Shown: positions 9,499-20,458 of the stretch, piece by piece
How the letters are laid out: every line of letters begins with the position of its first letter
Position numbering within the stretch: the first letter of the stretch is position 1
Assembly (NCBI GenBank): GCA_016748015.1
Contig: JAAOMT010000218.1
Location: forward strand, 14,811-37,986
Origin: Geosiphon pyriformis uo1
Lineage: Eukaryota > Fungi > Glomeromycota
DNA length: 23,176 bases
Direction: 5' to 3'
The notes under the pieces: model-generated
Database searches by the model: none
The model's input: only the letters and a program-made list of their open reading frames with translations
Told to the model about the DNA's origin: nothing
Position numbers and translations under genes: made by a program

Positions 9499-9516
9499 AC
9501 TTCACAGGAAGCACCA
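9499..9516 (-). promoter_or_regulatory. Primer-binding site of copy B
   Basis: LTR end TGTAACA, 2-nt spacer TT, then TGGTGCTTCCTGTGAAGT (TGG is complementary to tRNA CCA). Confidence 0.85.
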
Positions 9517-9518
9517 AA

Positions 9519-10396
9519 TGTTACAGGTGAGTCTTTGGGGTGTCAAGTGAATAACAAACCATAACTTGGTGCTCAAAGTGATTAGTAACAATGATAATCT
9601 AAAGGTATTTTATCTGAAGGTTTTTCAATTGAGTTTTTTGTATAATGGACAGAGATTCACTGGTAACAGTTTATTAGTAGTTTTCTGAAACCATAGTTTT
9701 GTCGATGGCTTGCTCAGCTTGATAGTTGATAATTCTTCTTGTATGATATCCTCTGTAAGTGTATACTAGTGCTGTTTCCTGATGTTAGTTCCTCCATAAG
9801 TTTTCCAAGAGTAAGTATTGTTTAAGCAAATTTATTCCTCCATAAGTCTTCCAAAAGTAAATTCTTTAATCAAGTTAGTAGACAACAAGAAAATAAAGAA
9901 AAGATAAAAGAAAAGATAAAAAATAAGCCAAGGCAATTTACAAGTTAGTATTTCATCAATAGCCATGATCAAGAGCTATTGTTCCAGTATGGTTAAGTAT
10001 CAGTTTCTATTAACATAAAGTGTTGATAGTGAAAAATGAATTTGATATAACAAATAATTATTTATTGAAGATTGTGATAACTAAGCTAAGGATTCTTTGT
10101 GTCAATTCTGTCCTTTCTGCTTTTAATGCTACTGTTATATATACATATTTGAGATTCCTTAATTCCTCAATTTCTTGCGACATGAATCCTGGAATTCCTG
10201 GAATCCTGTGATTTCTGATGAGAGGAATCCTAGAATTTTGGAATCCTGCAATTTCTTGTCAAAGAATTCTGAAATTCTTTGAATCCTGCAATTCCTCTAA
10301 GAAAAATTTTGAAATTCCACATTTACTATGTCTACATCTGATTGGCTAATATTTACTGATTAATAATACTATATTTCCTATATTCTATAAGTAACA
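9519..10396 (-). repeat. 5' LTR of copy B (878 bp)
   Basis: TGTTAC...GTAACA termini; homologous to but diverged from the other two LTRs; followed on the minus strand by a PBS. Confidence 0.93.
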
Positions 10397-10433
10397 TCAT
10401 GTTTACCATGTCTTTATATATTTTTTTAATGGA

Positions 10434-11816
10434 TTAATTTAATGTGTTGTTGTTAATGATGATGATTAGTTCCAGATCTTGTGAAATCTCTTTTGGTTGG
10501 ACTATTATCTTCTGTACTCCTAATTGTGGAATATTACTGGTAGATGGTAGTGTAATGTTGTGGTATAGTTTCAGTCAATCTCCATGTGCTGCTTTGGTTA
10601 AGATTTTGTTATCCAGTTTTAATTTGTAAGCTCTATTCCCTAGAATTTTTTTTATGTGAAATGGTCCATCCTATTTGGAGTCAAATTTTCTACTCTATTG
10701 TTTTTCCACTTTGGTATGATATAAGAATACTTTGTCTCCAATCTTGAATTCAACTGATTTGTTTGGTAGTTGATTATTATGTCTTTCTTTTTGTTTTTCT
10801 TGTGACTTTTGTATGTTATCAGCTGTTCTTTTTCATTTGTTTTCCAATGTTTCCATTAAGTCATATGTTTTTCTTAACAATGTTTCTTGAAAATTCTCTT
10901 CTGTTATTGATTCAGTTGAATATGTGTTAACCTCTATCTCAACTGGTAATATTGCTGTTCTATCGTATATCAATTCAAATGGTGTTGCTTGTGTGGTGTC
11001 TTGCTTCATTGTCCAATAAGCAAATAATACTAATGGTATGGACAAATCTCATTTGTCCTGGTTTTCTTGGCTGAGTTTTGCTATTGCTTTACACAATGTT
11101 CTATTAAATCTTTCAACTAATTCATTGGTTTGTGGATGATATAATGATAATAGTGGTCTCTTAATTTCGAATCTTTGGCTTAGTTCTGCTAATGTTCTAT
11201 TTACAAAATGGGTTTTTTGGTCTGATAATAGTTCTTTTGGACATCTATGTCAACAAATCAGATCTTGATGTATAAATTCAGCAATGGATTCTGCATCTGC
11301 TTTTTGAATTGCTTTGGCCTCTGGCCATTTAGTAAGATAGTCCATAGCTACTGCAATATATCTGTTGCCTCTGCTAGTAATTGTCAATAATCCGACTAAA
11401 TTGATTCCAATATGGTCAAATGGTTGTCCCTCTTTGATTGGTCTCAATGGTTTGCTGGGTTTTGTTTCTCTTCTTCTTTGACAAGCATCACAATTTTGCA
11501 CATATTGAATGATGTCTGAATACATTGATGGCCAATAGTATCTCTTTCTAGTTCTTTCTATGGTTGCTTCTTTATGAAAATGTTCTGCCGTTGGATCTGA
11601 GTACATGTTAAACAGTATTGTCTTCTTTTCTGGTTCTGTAATTACTCTGGTTGGTTGATCTGCATCTTTTCTATTTTTTCGATAAAGTATATTTTGGTGA
11701 GTAATAAAATATTTGAATTGTTGTTTGATCCTCTTTTGTTTCGGTTGAGATAATTTCTCCTTGAACTGTTAAGTATCTATATAATGTTGAAGTTGTTAAT
11801 ATTTTTGTGTGTTCAT
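10434..11816 (-). pseudogene. Integrase, copy A (separate ORF, 460 codons, premature stops)
   Basis: ATG 11816 to TAA 10434..10436 is 1383 nt, the same length as copy B. Track ORFs 11250..11606 and 10833..11045 lie in this frame. Confidence 0.92.
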
Positions 11817-11877
11817 CTTTTGTTATATTTTTGTGAGTATTGTTTTGGTTTTGTTATATTTTTGGTTTGAAATGTTC

Positions 11878-14800
11878 TTAAATATGTCTCATTCGTGACA
11901 AACCATCAGTATTTCTATTGTCTTTTCCTTTTTTATAATGTATGGTATAAGTATATGTCGAAAAAGCCATTTTCTATCTTGACTGTTTTCCATCTCCAAA
12001 TTCTTGTTTTTGGAGTGATGTCAATTCTTTGTAATCTGTGTATACCTCAAACTTTTGGCTCAAGTATTTTTTCCATTTCATAACTGCCTAATAGATTGCT
12101 AAATGTTCTAATTTTGGTGTTCCATAGTTCTTTTCGGCTGGTGTTAAACCTCGGCTGGCGTATGCAACTGGATGTTCTTTTCCATTTGGTCCTCTCTAAG
12201 ATAGTACTGTTCTCAATGCTTGATCTGATGCATCAGTGGTGATAATGAATGATTTATTATAATCTGGATAGATCAATACTAGAGCTTGAATAAGCTTTCT
12301 TCTTAAGATGTCAAATGCTTCTTGCTGGGTTTCAGTCCATTCATACTTTGCATTTTTGGTTTGAAGATTATTGAGTGGTTGTGCTATCTTTAAAAAGTTC
12401 TTTATGAAGTGTCTATAATAGCTTGCAAATTCTAAGAATGATTTTAGCTCAATTATGTTGGTTGGTATTAGAAAGTTCTTTACTATCTTTATTTTCTTCA
12501 GATTTGTTTTTATGCCGTCTTTGCTAACTATGTGTTCCAAGAATTTTAGTTCTGTTTTGCCAAAAAAACACTTTGTTGTATTCAATTTTAATCTTGCTTG
12601 TTGTAATCTTTTAAACACTTGTTGGAGATAACATAGATAATTATCGAATGTTTTTGAGAACACATTGGTGTTATCCAAGTATACAACTACTGATTTCCAC
12701 AATAAGCTGGTATACACAATTTCCATTAGCTGTTGAAATGTAGCTGGAGCATTGGTTAAGCCGAATGGCATAACTTCAAACTCAAAGTTTCCCTCTCTTG
12801 TGGTGAATGCTGTTTTTTTTTTGTTGGCTGAATTCATGGCTACTTGCCAGTAACCACTATCCAAGTCTAATGTTAAGAACCATTTGTTTCCACTGAAAGT
12901 GTCGAATAATTTTTGTATCTGTGGAGTTAGATAGCTGTTTCTACGAGTTACACCATTGAGTTTCCTGTAGTCTACACAAAATCAGATTTTTTCATTCTTC
13001 TTACAGATGAGTACTACTGATGATGACCATGGGCTCATTGATGGCTGAATTAATCTATTGTCAAGCATTTGGTTGATCTCTTGATGGATGATTTTATGGC
13101 TAGCTGGTAGTACCTTATATGCTCACTGTTTGATTGGCATTGTATCTTCAGTCTTGATCTGATGCTGGATAATATCAGTTCTGCCAAATTCGTTTTTACT
13201 GGTGAAAATGTCATTGAAATTATTGAGTAACATCTTTAGTTGCATCTGTTGAAGTAGGTCTAGATTTCCCATGTTCATTTGTTCCAATTGTTCTGGCTGT
13301 AACAGATAACATTTATTTTGTCTGTAGATGGTTTGTGATGTAATGTCCACATATCCACAAAGCTGTAGAAAATTTGAAATGCTGCTTGGTGCTTAATCTT
13401 CAATTTCTGTGGTTAAATATCCGAGAGTGGTTCCTTTCAGTATCTCTACAACATTTTCAGTGTTGTTGTAGATGAGAATTTTGATATAATTATGGCTCTT
13501 GGCTGGTATGTGTAGATTGATAAGTCCAATTTCTCCTGATTCACAAAGAGTTGCTTCTGCTTCAAAAATCTGTTCTTGCTTCTTCTTTCTCCTTTCTATT
13601 GCTAACATGTATCAGCTATATGATAGAATGGAAATTGTTTGACCAGTTGAGATAATTTCTCCTTGGCCAATAATTTCTTTCTCTACCATATTGACTGGTA
13701 CATCTATTCTATCTATTGATCCAAATCCCTGTATTCCTCTTACTGTTATCCCTAATTTTTTCCTATTTCTTATTAAAACTAACTAAGTGATTTTCACCAG
13801 AGGCAGGAATATTGCCTGTGCTATCTTTTCATTTGGCTCTATAACATAGGCCTTTTCTGAGTTATTTTATAGCATAACAATAATATTTCCTACATATCCT
13901 GCATCAATTATTCTTCTTTTGATGTTTATTTCCTTTTTTGCTAAACTACTCTTAGATGCTAATTGAACCATTGTTGTTGCTAGAATTTCCAGTACTATTT
14001 TCAGATCGATGCAAGTGTGCAAATGAGGTTCCAATTTGATGGCATTCTTTCCTGGGTATCTCAGATCAAATTCTGCATTAGTATCATGTGCACGTTTTGG
14101 CATGATACTTTCATCATTATCACTGAACCATTTCAGTTCTTGCTCTTTGGTGAAGTCAGGGAGTGCAATATATTGTTCATAGTTTGAGTTTGAATCTGAG
14201 TTGAAATCATTGTCATAGCTATATTGAATGGAGCTAAAACCCTTATTTTTGTTATTGTCATTGTCAAAATTTAAATCAGGGTTGGAACTTGATTCTAATT
14301 CTGATGTGCAGCTGTTGATTGGTTTTTCTTCTTTAGGAATTGTGTAGATCATGCGTGGTGGTGAATTGTAGATGAGGTCACAATCATCACAGAATTGGAA
14401 GTCACATAGAATTAAACAGTAATCACATAATTGGGTGTTGATTTCTTCCAAGTGTTGCTCTTGTTCTTCTTTCGTGGGTGCTAGATTTTGATAGTGTTCA
14501 TGGAATTCTTTTGGGCTGTTTTTTATGTCAATAAAGACATCTGGGTTGAGAACCAAAACAATGTCTATTGGTTCTAGAGGGTTATTCTTAATCTCCAGAA
14601 TTTCATTGGGTAAAACACCTTCTACTTTGGCATTGATTATTCACCAGATCTCGTTCTTGTCATGTGGATAGCCGTCTAGGCAGAATATAGCTCGGTGCCA
14701 TGCTGCTATAATGGGTGTATTATAACTTACCCAGTTGCTGATGAGGATCATATATTGACATGAAGTGTTGCACATTCCTCCTCAACCAGGAATGTCATTC

Positions 14801-17800
14801 CACATTCCTTCATCGAGTAATTGTTTGCCGTAAGTAAGACATGGTTTGTTGTTCCACTTGCCTTGTCTTTTTAGGTAGCCATATCATTCTCTATGGCAGG
14901 GCTTGCAATAGTAATGAGTTCGCATCTAGTAGTTTTTGTCTGACGCTATCCAAGCTCCCATTAAGGACAGTTTTTTCCCACAGTCCTTGCATTTGAGATA
15001 TATATATGATGGCTTTTTTATTGGTTCACATGAGTATTTCTTTTCCCAGTCACTAGTCATTTTTTCTGCAGTGGTGGTTTCTTCAGGTATGTTTTTTTCC
15101 CTTCTTTTCCCTTTTTTCTTGTTCTTTTCTTCCCAATCTAGAATTGGTAACATCTCACTTTGGTTGTTGTTGGTTCAAGTGTCGATGGTGGCTTCCCAGA
15201 TAGGTTTTTCTCTTTGTTTCTTCTTTCTGTTGTTGTTGTTGTCCTAGGCAAGTATTGGTGGCAGTTCGTTGTAGTTGACATTGGCCCACAAGACTTGGTA
15301 CACTTCTCAGGTGGGTTTTGTTTTTTCTTCCTTGAATTTGATAAGTGGTGTTGATGGCATGGTGATGGGCTTGAAGTGGCTACACGTGGCTGGTATTTAT
15401 GTGTGTTGACCATTCTGGCTAAGCTGGAGCTCTTGGGTGTTTCAATCTAAGGTCACATTGGTTTTGGACAGCCAGTCGTTTCCAACGAGTGCTTGGTATT
15501 GAGTGGCTTCCATAACGAGTACTTTGATTGGTACTATGATGCCATTGACTTCTATGGGGAAATCATCAATCTCTCTAATGGGTGTTTTGGTCGCTCCATC
15601 AGCTATAATAATCCTGGCACTAACAGCACAATCAACTCAGTAACCTAATTGATCCATAAGTTGTCTTGTGATAATGCTGCCAGCTGATCCATTATCTAGA
15701 ATCAGTTTGATAGAGTGACCATCAACTTTTGCATCAGTGTACATCATGGTGATGGATTTTTCCTCAAGTGCTACTCTACTGAACAAAGGTGGATTGATGG
15801 TTTCCTCCAATTCAAAAGGAAAGATGGCTGCGAGAGATTTGTTTTTGGTAATCATTGCTGATGGAATATTGTTGATGAGTGTTGTTTGGAGTGGGTTGGA
15901 TTCTGAGTTGTTGGTGGTGGCATCTTCTGGGGTGACCAAGAGACTTAAATAGTTCTGAGAATTTAGGTTTTGGGTGGAACCAATACTCAGATTCCGCTGT
16001 CGAGAGCTTGATAGTTGGTAAGAGGAGCTGGAGATCAGTTGATGAACAACCATTGCCGATCTCCAGTTTTGAGTGATTCTAGGTCTTGGGTTTCCTGATG
16101 TCATTTGAGTGGGGTTTTGGAGTAGTGTTTGAATTGGTTGTTGGGGCTAATAAATTATTTGGGGCTGTGGCTGATAAATTACTGGTGGCTGCGATTGATA
16201 AATTGGAGGTTGATATACTGGCAGTTGATAGATTGGTTGCTGCATCATTGGCAGGTAAGTGGTTTGATATTGGTCTTGATTTGGGTAGTTATTCTGAGTC
16301 TGAAATCTGCAATTGGAGTTTCAATATTGATTTCCCAATCATGGATTGTTGCTATAAAATTGACAGCTGGCTCTAATGTGATTTTGTTTACTACAATTGT
16401 GGCAAACATGCATTTCTGGCTGCCACAGCTGATTGGGTAATGATGATAACAATGATGTTAATGGATGCGGCTGATTTTGGAAATGATTTATGTTTCCTGA
16501 ATTATTGTGTTGTTGTGGTGATTGATAGATTGCACAATTGTCAGCTAAGTATCCCTCTAGTTTTTGATTGATTGTATTACTAAATTGTTTCAGTTTGGAA
16601 TCCAAGTCAAATGATCCGTTCATTACTAAATTTACAGCTTGGGCATGATTGGCTTCTAGCTCGGCTGCTTCAAAATCTCTGGCATGAATAATGGCAGTTG
16701 GGAGGTCAATTGGATGCATTGGATGTACTCACTGAAAGATGCTACTGTGCAATTCTTTGATGAACTGGTTTAAGATCTGTGGCACTATAAAGTAATCAGC
16801 TTGGATTGCCTAAATTTGGCATAAATTTTTATAGAAGCATCCTAAGTAAGTGGTGACTGCTTTTGTGTTCCCTTGTTTGATAGTAGTGAATGTGTTGGTC
16901 AAGTGATTGATACTATTGTTATTACTAAAGTATCTCAAGAATTCTGTTTTGAACTCATTAAAAGTTTGTGATTTGGCAGCTAGGCTTTGATACTATGAGT
17001 CAGCAGTATCTTTGAGAAAATAGAGGATTGCTTGAAGGGCTTTACCGCTGTTCTATCCATTGGCTACTATGGCTTTTTCAACGTTGTTGAGCCATATTTG
17101 GGCATCATCCTCTTTGCTGGTAAAATTGTCAAGTTTTGTGATTGGTACGTAGGCCATTAGATTTAAGTTAAGTTGTTGTGGTAGTAGTTGAAGTGGTTGT
17201 TGTTGCACGAGTTGTTGGAGTAATAGTTGAAGTGACGGTTGTATGGGTTCAGCTATTGGATTAATTGGTGATTGATTGATAACAATTACTGGAGATAAGT
17301 TTTGTTAATTTATTAAATTGGAGTTTCAATTATCCTGAGTTGGTAGTGTCCAAATGTTCGGAGTTTTGATTTCCAGATTTTCTGGGTTTAGATTTTGCTG
17401 GGTTTGAAAATTCGGGATTTCAAATTCCAGGTTTTCAGTGATTGGGTTCTGGTAAGTGAATTCTTGATCTTCAGTTTCTTTTTCTTCTTTTTTTTCTTCT
17501 GATTCTGTTACTTCCTATGGATCAGAAATTCTGAAATCTGGAGGAGGCAGTGGCAATCGGAGTTCTGATGGCATTAATGATCACGAGTTAAATTCTTCAA
17601 AATACATGCCATATGGTCTTAATAACTCTGCTTTCCTTTGTTTACTTTGGAATAAGAATTGTCCAAATACTGACATTGTGTTTGATGTGGCTGCGCCAGT
17701 AGATGTAATATTAATGGCACTTCCAGGTATATAGTGGTATGATGGATTAGTTGGAGACTCAACTCTTGTTTTCTTCCAAGTAGGTGGTTGTATTTTTTTG

Positions 17801-18153
17801 GGTGTTACTGCTGGTGTTTGCAGTTTTTTTTTGTCTTTGCTTGTGTAAGTAATGGGGTATCTTTGCTGTGTGTGGTGTTTAATTTCTTTGTTGATTTCCA
17901 TAATAATGGAGGCAAAATTGTGGTTTGTTGGCAGATTGGTATTTTGAATTAATTCATTGTAAAAGGCTTTTCTTGTTGATTTAATATTTACTAGTGTTCT
18001 TAATAGATAGGCAATTCTTTTATTGACATAGAAATTGAAAGCTGATTCCGCTAATATGTGGTTGTGATTTAATTCCAAATGTTGACAGTAGTGTTGAAAT
18101 AAGGATTTTGTGAATCCTAGATGGTTTGCTCTTATGTTTTCTGATTCTGCCAC
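11878..18153 (-). pseudogene. ORF1 polyprotein of copy A: N-extension-Gag-PR-Cys-rich-dUTPase-RT-RNase H in one frame (~2090 codons)
   Basis: Homologous track ORFs with first bases at 18153, 16719, 16104, 15153, 14556, 13608, 13350 and 12864, plus the stop at 11878..11880, all share one frame. Motifs: CHNCSKQNHIRASC, LILDNGSAG, IIDAGYVG, MPFGLTNAPATFQ, YLDN, TTDAS. Confidence 0.92.
13710..14103 (-). pseudogene. dUTPase domain, copy A
   Basis: NAEFDL, ASKSSL, IIDAGYVG, EKIAQAIF, RGIQGFGS. Confidence 0.9.
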
Positions 18154-18192
18154 TTTTAAATTTGTGTTGGTGCTGGTTTTCTGTAGGATTAT

Positions 18193-18210
18193 ACCTTACA
18201 GGGAGCACCA
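18193..18210 (-). promoter_or_regulatory. Primer-binding site of copy A
   Basis: TGTAACA-TT-TGGTGCTCCCTGTAAGGT. Confidence 0.85.
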
Positions 18211-18212
18211 AA

Positions 18213-19068
18213 TGTTACAGGTGACTAATTCTGGTGTTGAATTAGATAACAAACCTGTAACTTAGTGTTCAAATCTAGTTGTAGTTGATAGTAATCTGAA
18301 GATTTGTGTCTGAAAGATTTGTATTCAAAGAGTTTGGTTGAGTTTTTTGTATAATGGACAGAGATTCAATGATAATAGTTTTATCCGTAGCTTCCCAAAA
18401 CCACAGTTTTATCAATTTCTTTCTCAGCTTAATGGCCAGTATTCCTCCTGGTAAGCTATTCTCAATTGAGTGTTCTATCCTTATTTCTGGGTCTTTTACC
18501 AGTCATGTTTATCCTGACGTCAGTACTTTGCACATTAATCCTCAATAGAATTAGTAAACAACAATAAAATCAAGGCAAAAAATAAAGAAAAGAAAATAAA
18601 ATAAAGAAAAAAAAGAAATAAGCCAAGGTGATTTACAAGTTAGTATTCCATTAATAGCCATGATCAAGAGCTATTGTTCTAGTATAGTTAAGTATCAATT
18701 ACTATTAACATGAAGTGTTGATAGTGGCAGTGGGTTTGAGATAACAAACAGTTATTTATTTGTGGTTTGGAAAGTTGTTTAGATAAAATCTAAACTGAAA
18801 GGTTTGTTTTTTTAGCTTCTAATCCTACTGCTATATATACATAATTGAGATTCCTTAATTCTTCAATTCTTTACAACAGGAATCCTGCAATTTCTTTGAG
18901 AGGAATTCTAAAATTCTGGAATCCTGCAATTTCTTGTAAGAATCCTGTAATTCCTGGAATCTTGTAATTCTTGAAAGAAATCCTGGAATTCCACATTTTA
19001 CTACGTCTACTTCTGATTGGTTAATAACTATGCTAATATATATATTCCCTATATTTCTATGAGTAACA
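18213..19068 (-). repeat. 5' LTR of copy A (856 bp)
   Basis: TGTTAC...GTAACA termini, adjacent PBS, and target duplication ATGA at 19069..19072. Confidence 0.93.
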
Positions 19069-19072
19069 ATGA
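19069..19072. repeat. Target-site duplication ATGA (right copy)
   Basis: Matches 300..303. Confidence 0.85.
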
Positions 19073-20428
19073 TTATAATTGGTTCTAAATCTTGCAGAAT
19101 CTCATCTGGTTTGACTAGTATTCTCTGTACTCTTAATTGTGGAATATTATTGGTGGATAACAATGCTATATGGTGATATTGTTTCAGTCGATTACTATGT
19201 GCTGCTTTGGTTAAGATTTTGTTGTTCAACTTTAATTTATAAGCTTCATTTTCAAGAATTTCTTCTATGTGAAATGGTCTGTCCCATTTGGGATCAAATT
19301 TTTCACTCCATTGTTTTTCTGTTTTAATATGATGCAGAAGTACTTTGTCTCCAATCTTGAATTCAACTGGTTTCTCTGGTAGTTGGTTATCATGTCTTTT
19401 TTTTTGTTTTTCTTGTGACTTTTGAATGTTATTAGCTGCTCTTCGCTATGTGTTTTCTAATGTCTCCATTAAGTCATATGTTCTTCTTAACAATGTTTTT
19501 AAAAAATTTTTTTCTGTTATTGGTTCTGTTGGATATGTCTTAATTTCTATCTCAATTGGTAATATTGTTATTCTACTGTATATTAATTTGAATGATGTTG
19601 CTTATGTAGTGTCTTGCTTTATTGTCTAATAAGCAAATAATACTGATAATATAATCAAATCTCATTCATCCTGGTTTTTTTGGCTGATTTTGGCAATAGC
19701 TTTACACAATATTCTGTTAAATTTTTCAACTAGTCCATTTGTTTGTGGATGGTATGGTGATAATAATGGGTTTTTTATTCCAAATCTTTGACTCAATTCT
19801 GTTAATGTTCTATTCACAAAGTGAGTTCCTTGATCCAATAACAATTCTTTTGGACATCTGTGTCAACAGATCAAGTCTTAATAAACAAATTCGGCAACAA
19901 ATTCTGCATCTGTTTTTTAAATGGCTTTTGCTTCTGGCCATTTTATGAGATAATTCATGGCTACTGCAATATATCTGTTGCCTCTGTTGGTGATTGTTAA
20001 TGGTCCAACTAAGTCAATTCTAATGTAATCAAATGGTTGTCCTACTTTGATTGGTTTCAATAGTTCACTGAGTTTTGTTCCTTCTTTTTTCTGACAAGCA
20101 TCACAATTTGAGCATATTAAATGATGTTTGGATATATTGATGGCCAATAGTATTTTTTTCTGGTTCTTTTCATTGTTGCTTTTTTATAAAAATGTCCTGC
20201 TGTTGAATTTGAGTACATGTTGAACAATATTGTCTCTTTCTCTGGTTTTGTGATTACTCTGATTGGTTGATTTGGATTCTTTTTGTTTTTCTGGTAAAGT
20301 ATATTTTGGTAATTAATAAAATATTTTAATTGTTGTTTTATGTTGTTTTGTTCTTTTTGAGATAATTTTTTCTTGAACAATTAGGTATTTATATAATATT
20401 AAAGTTGTTAATATTTTTGTATATTCAT
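19073..20428 (-). pseudogene. Integrase, copy C (interrupted ~5 codons before its stop by copy A)
   Basis: ATG 20428; TAGHF, YYWP, CDACQ, IDLVGP, DQG, TNGLVE; ends ...QDLEPIIII at the LTR. Confidence 0.9.
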
Positions 20429-20458
20429 GTTTTGTTATATTTTTGGGTTGAAATGTTT

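Larger units (their letters stand above)
1181..10396 (-). mobile_element. Ty3/Gypsy LTR retrotransposon copy B nested in copy A (its 3' LTR merged into 304..1180)
   Basis: 5' LTR 9519..10396, PBS, gag-PR-dUTPase-RT-RH, IN, ORF3 and PPT occur in order. Sequence right of 10396 resumes within the first codons of copy A ORF3 (homologous to position 1841 of B). Confidence 0.9.
304..19068 (-). mobile_element. Ty3/Gypsy LTR retrotransposon copy A (outer boundaries; contains nested copy B)
   Basis: Bounded by TGTTAC...GTAACA LTRs at 304..1180 and 18213..19068, which are highly similar over most of their length. ATGA is present on both flanks (300..303, 19069..19072). Removing the element rejoins a colinear integrase C-terminus of copy C. 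A's own internal region is 10397..18212. Confidence 0.93.

Noticed and set aside
304-19068. Simple head-to-tail tandem of two elements sharing a middle LTR
   Set aside because: The middle LTR has no PPT on its upstream side and interrupts ORF3 of copy A, so it is a nested insertion.
18855-19229. 124-aa ORF
   Set aside because: Junction artefact: copy C integrase C-terminus reading into the LTR of copy A.
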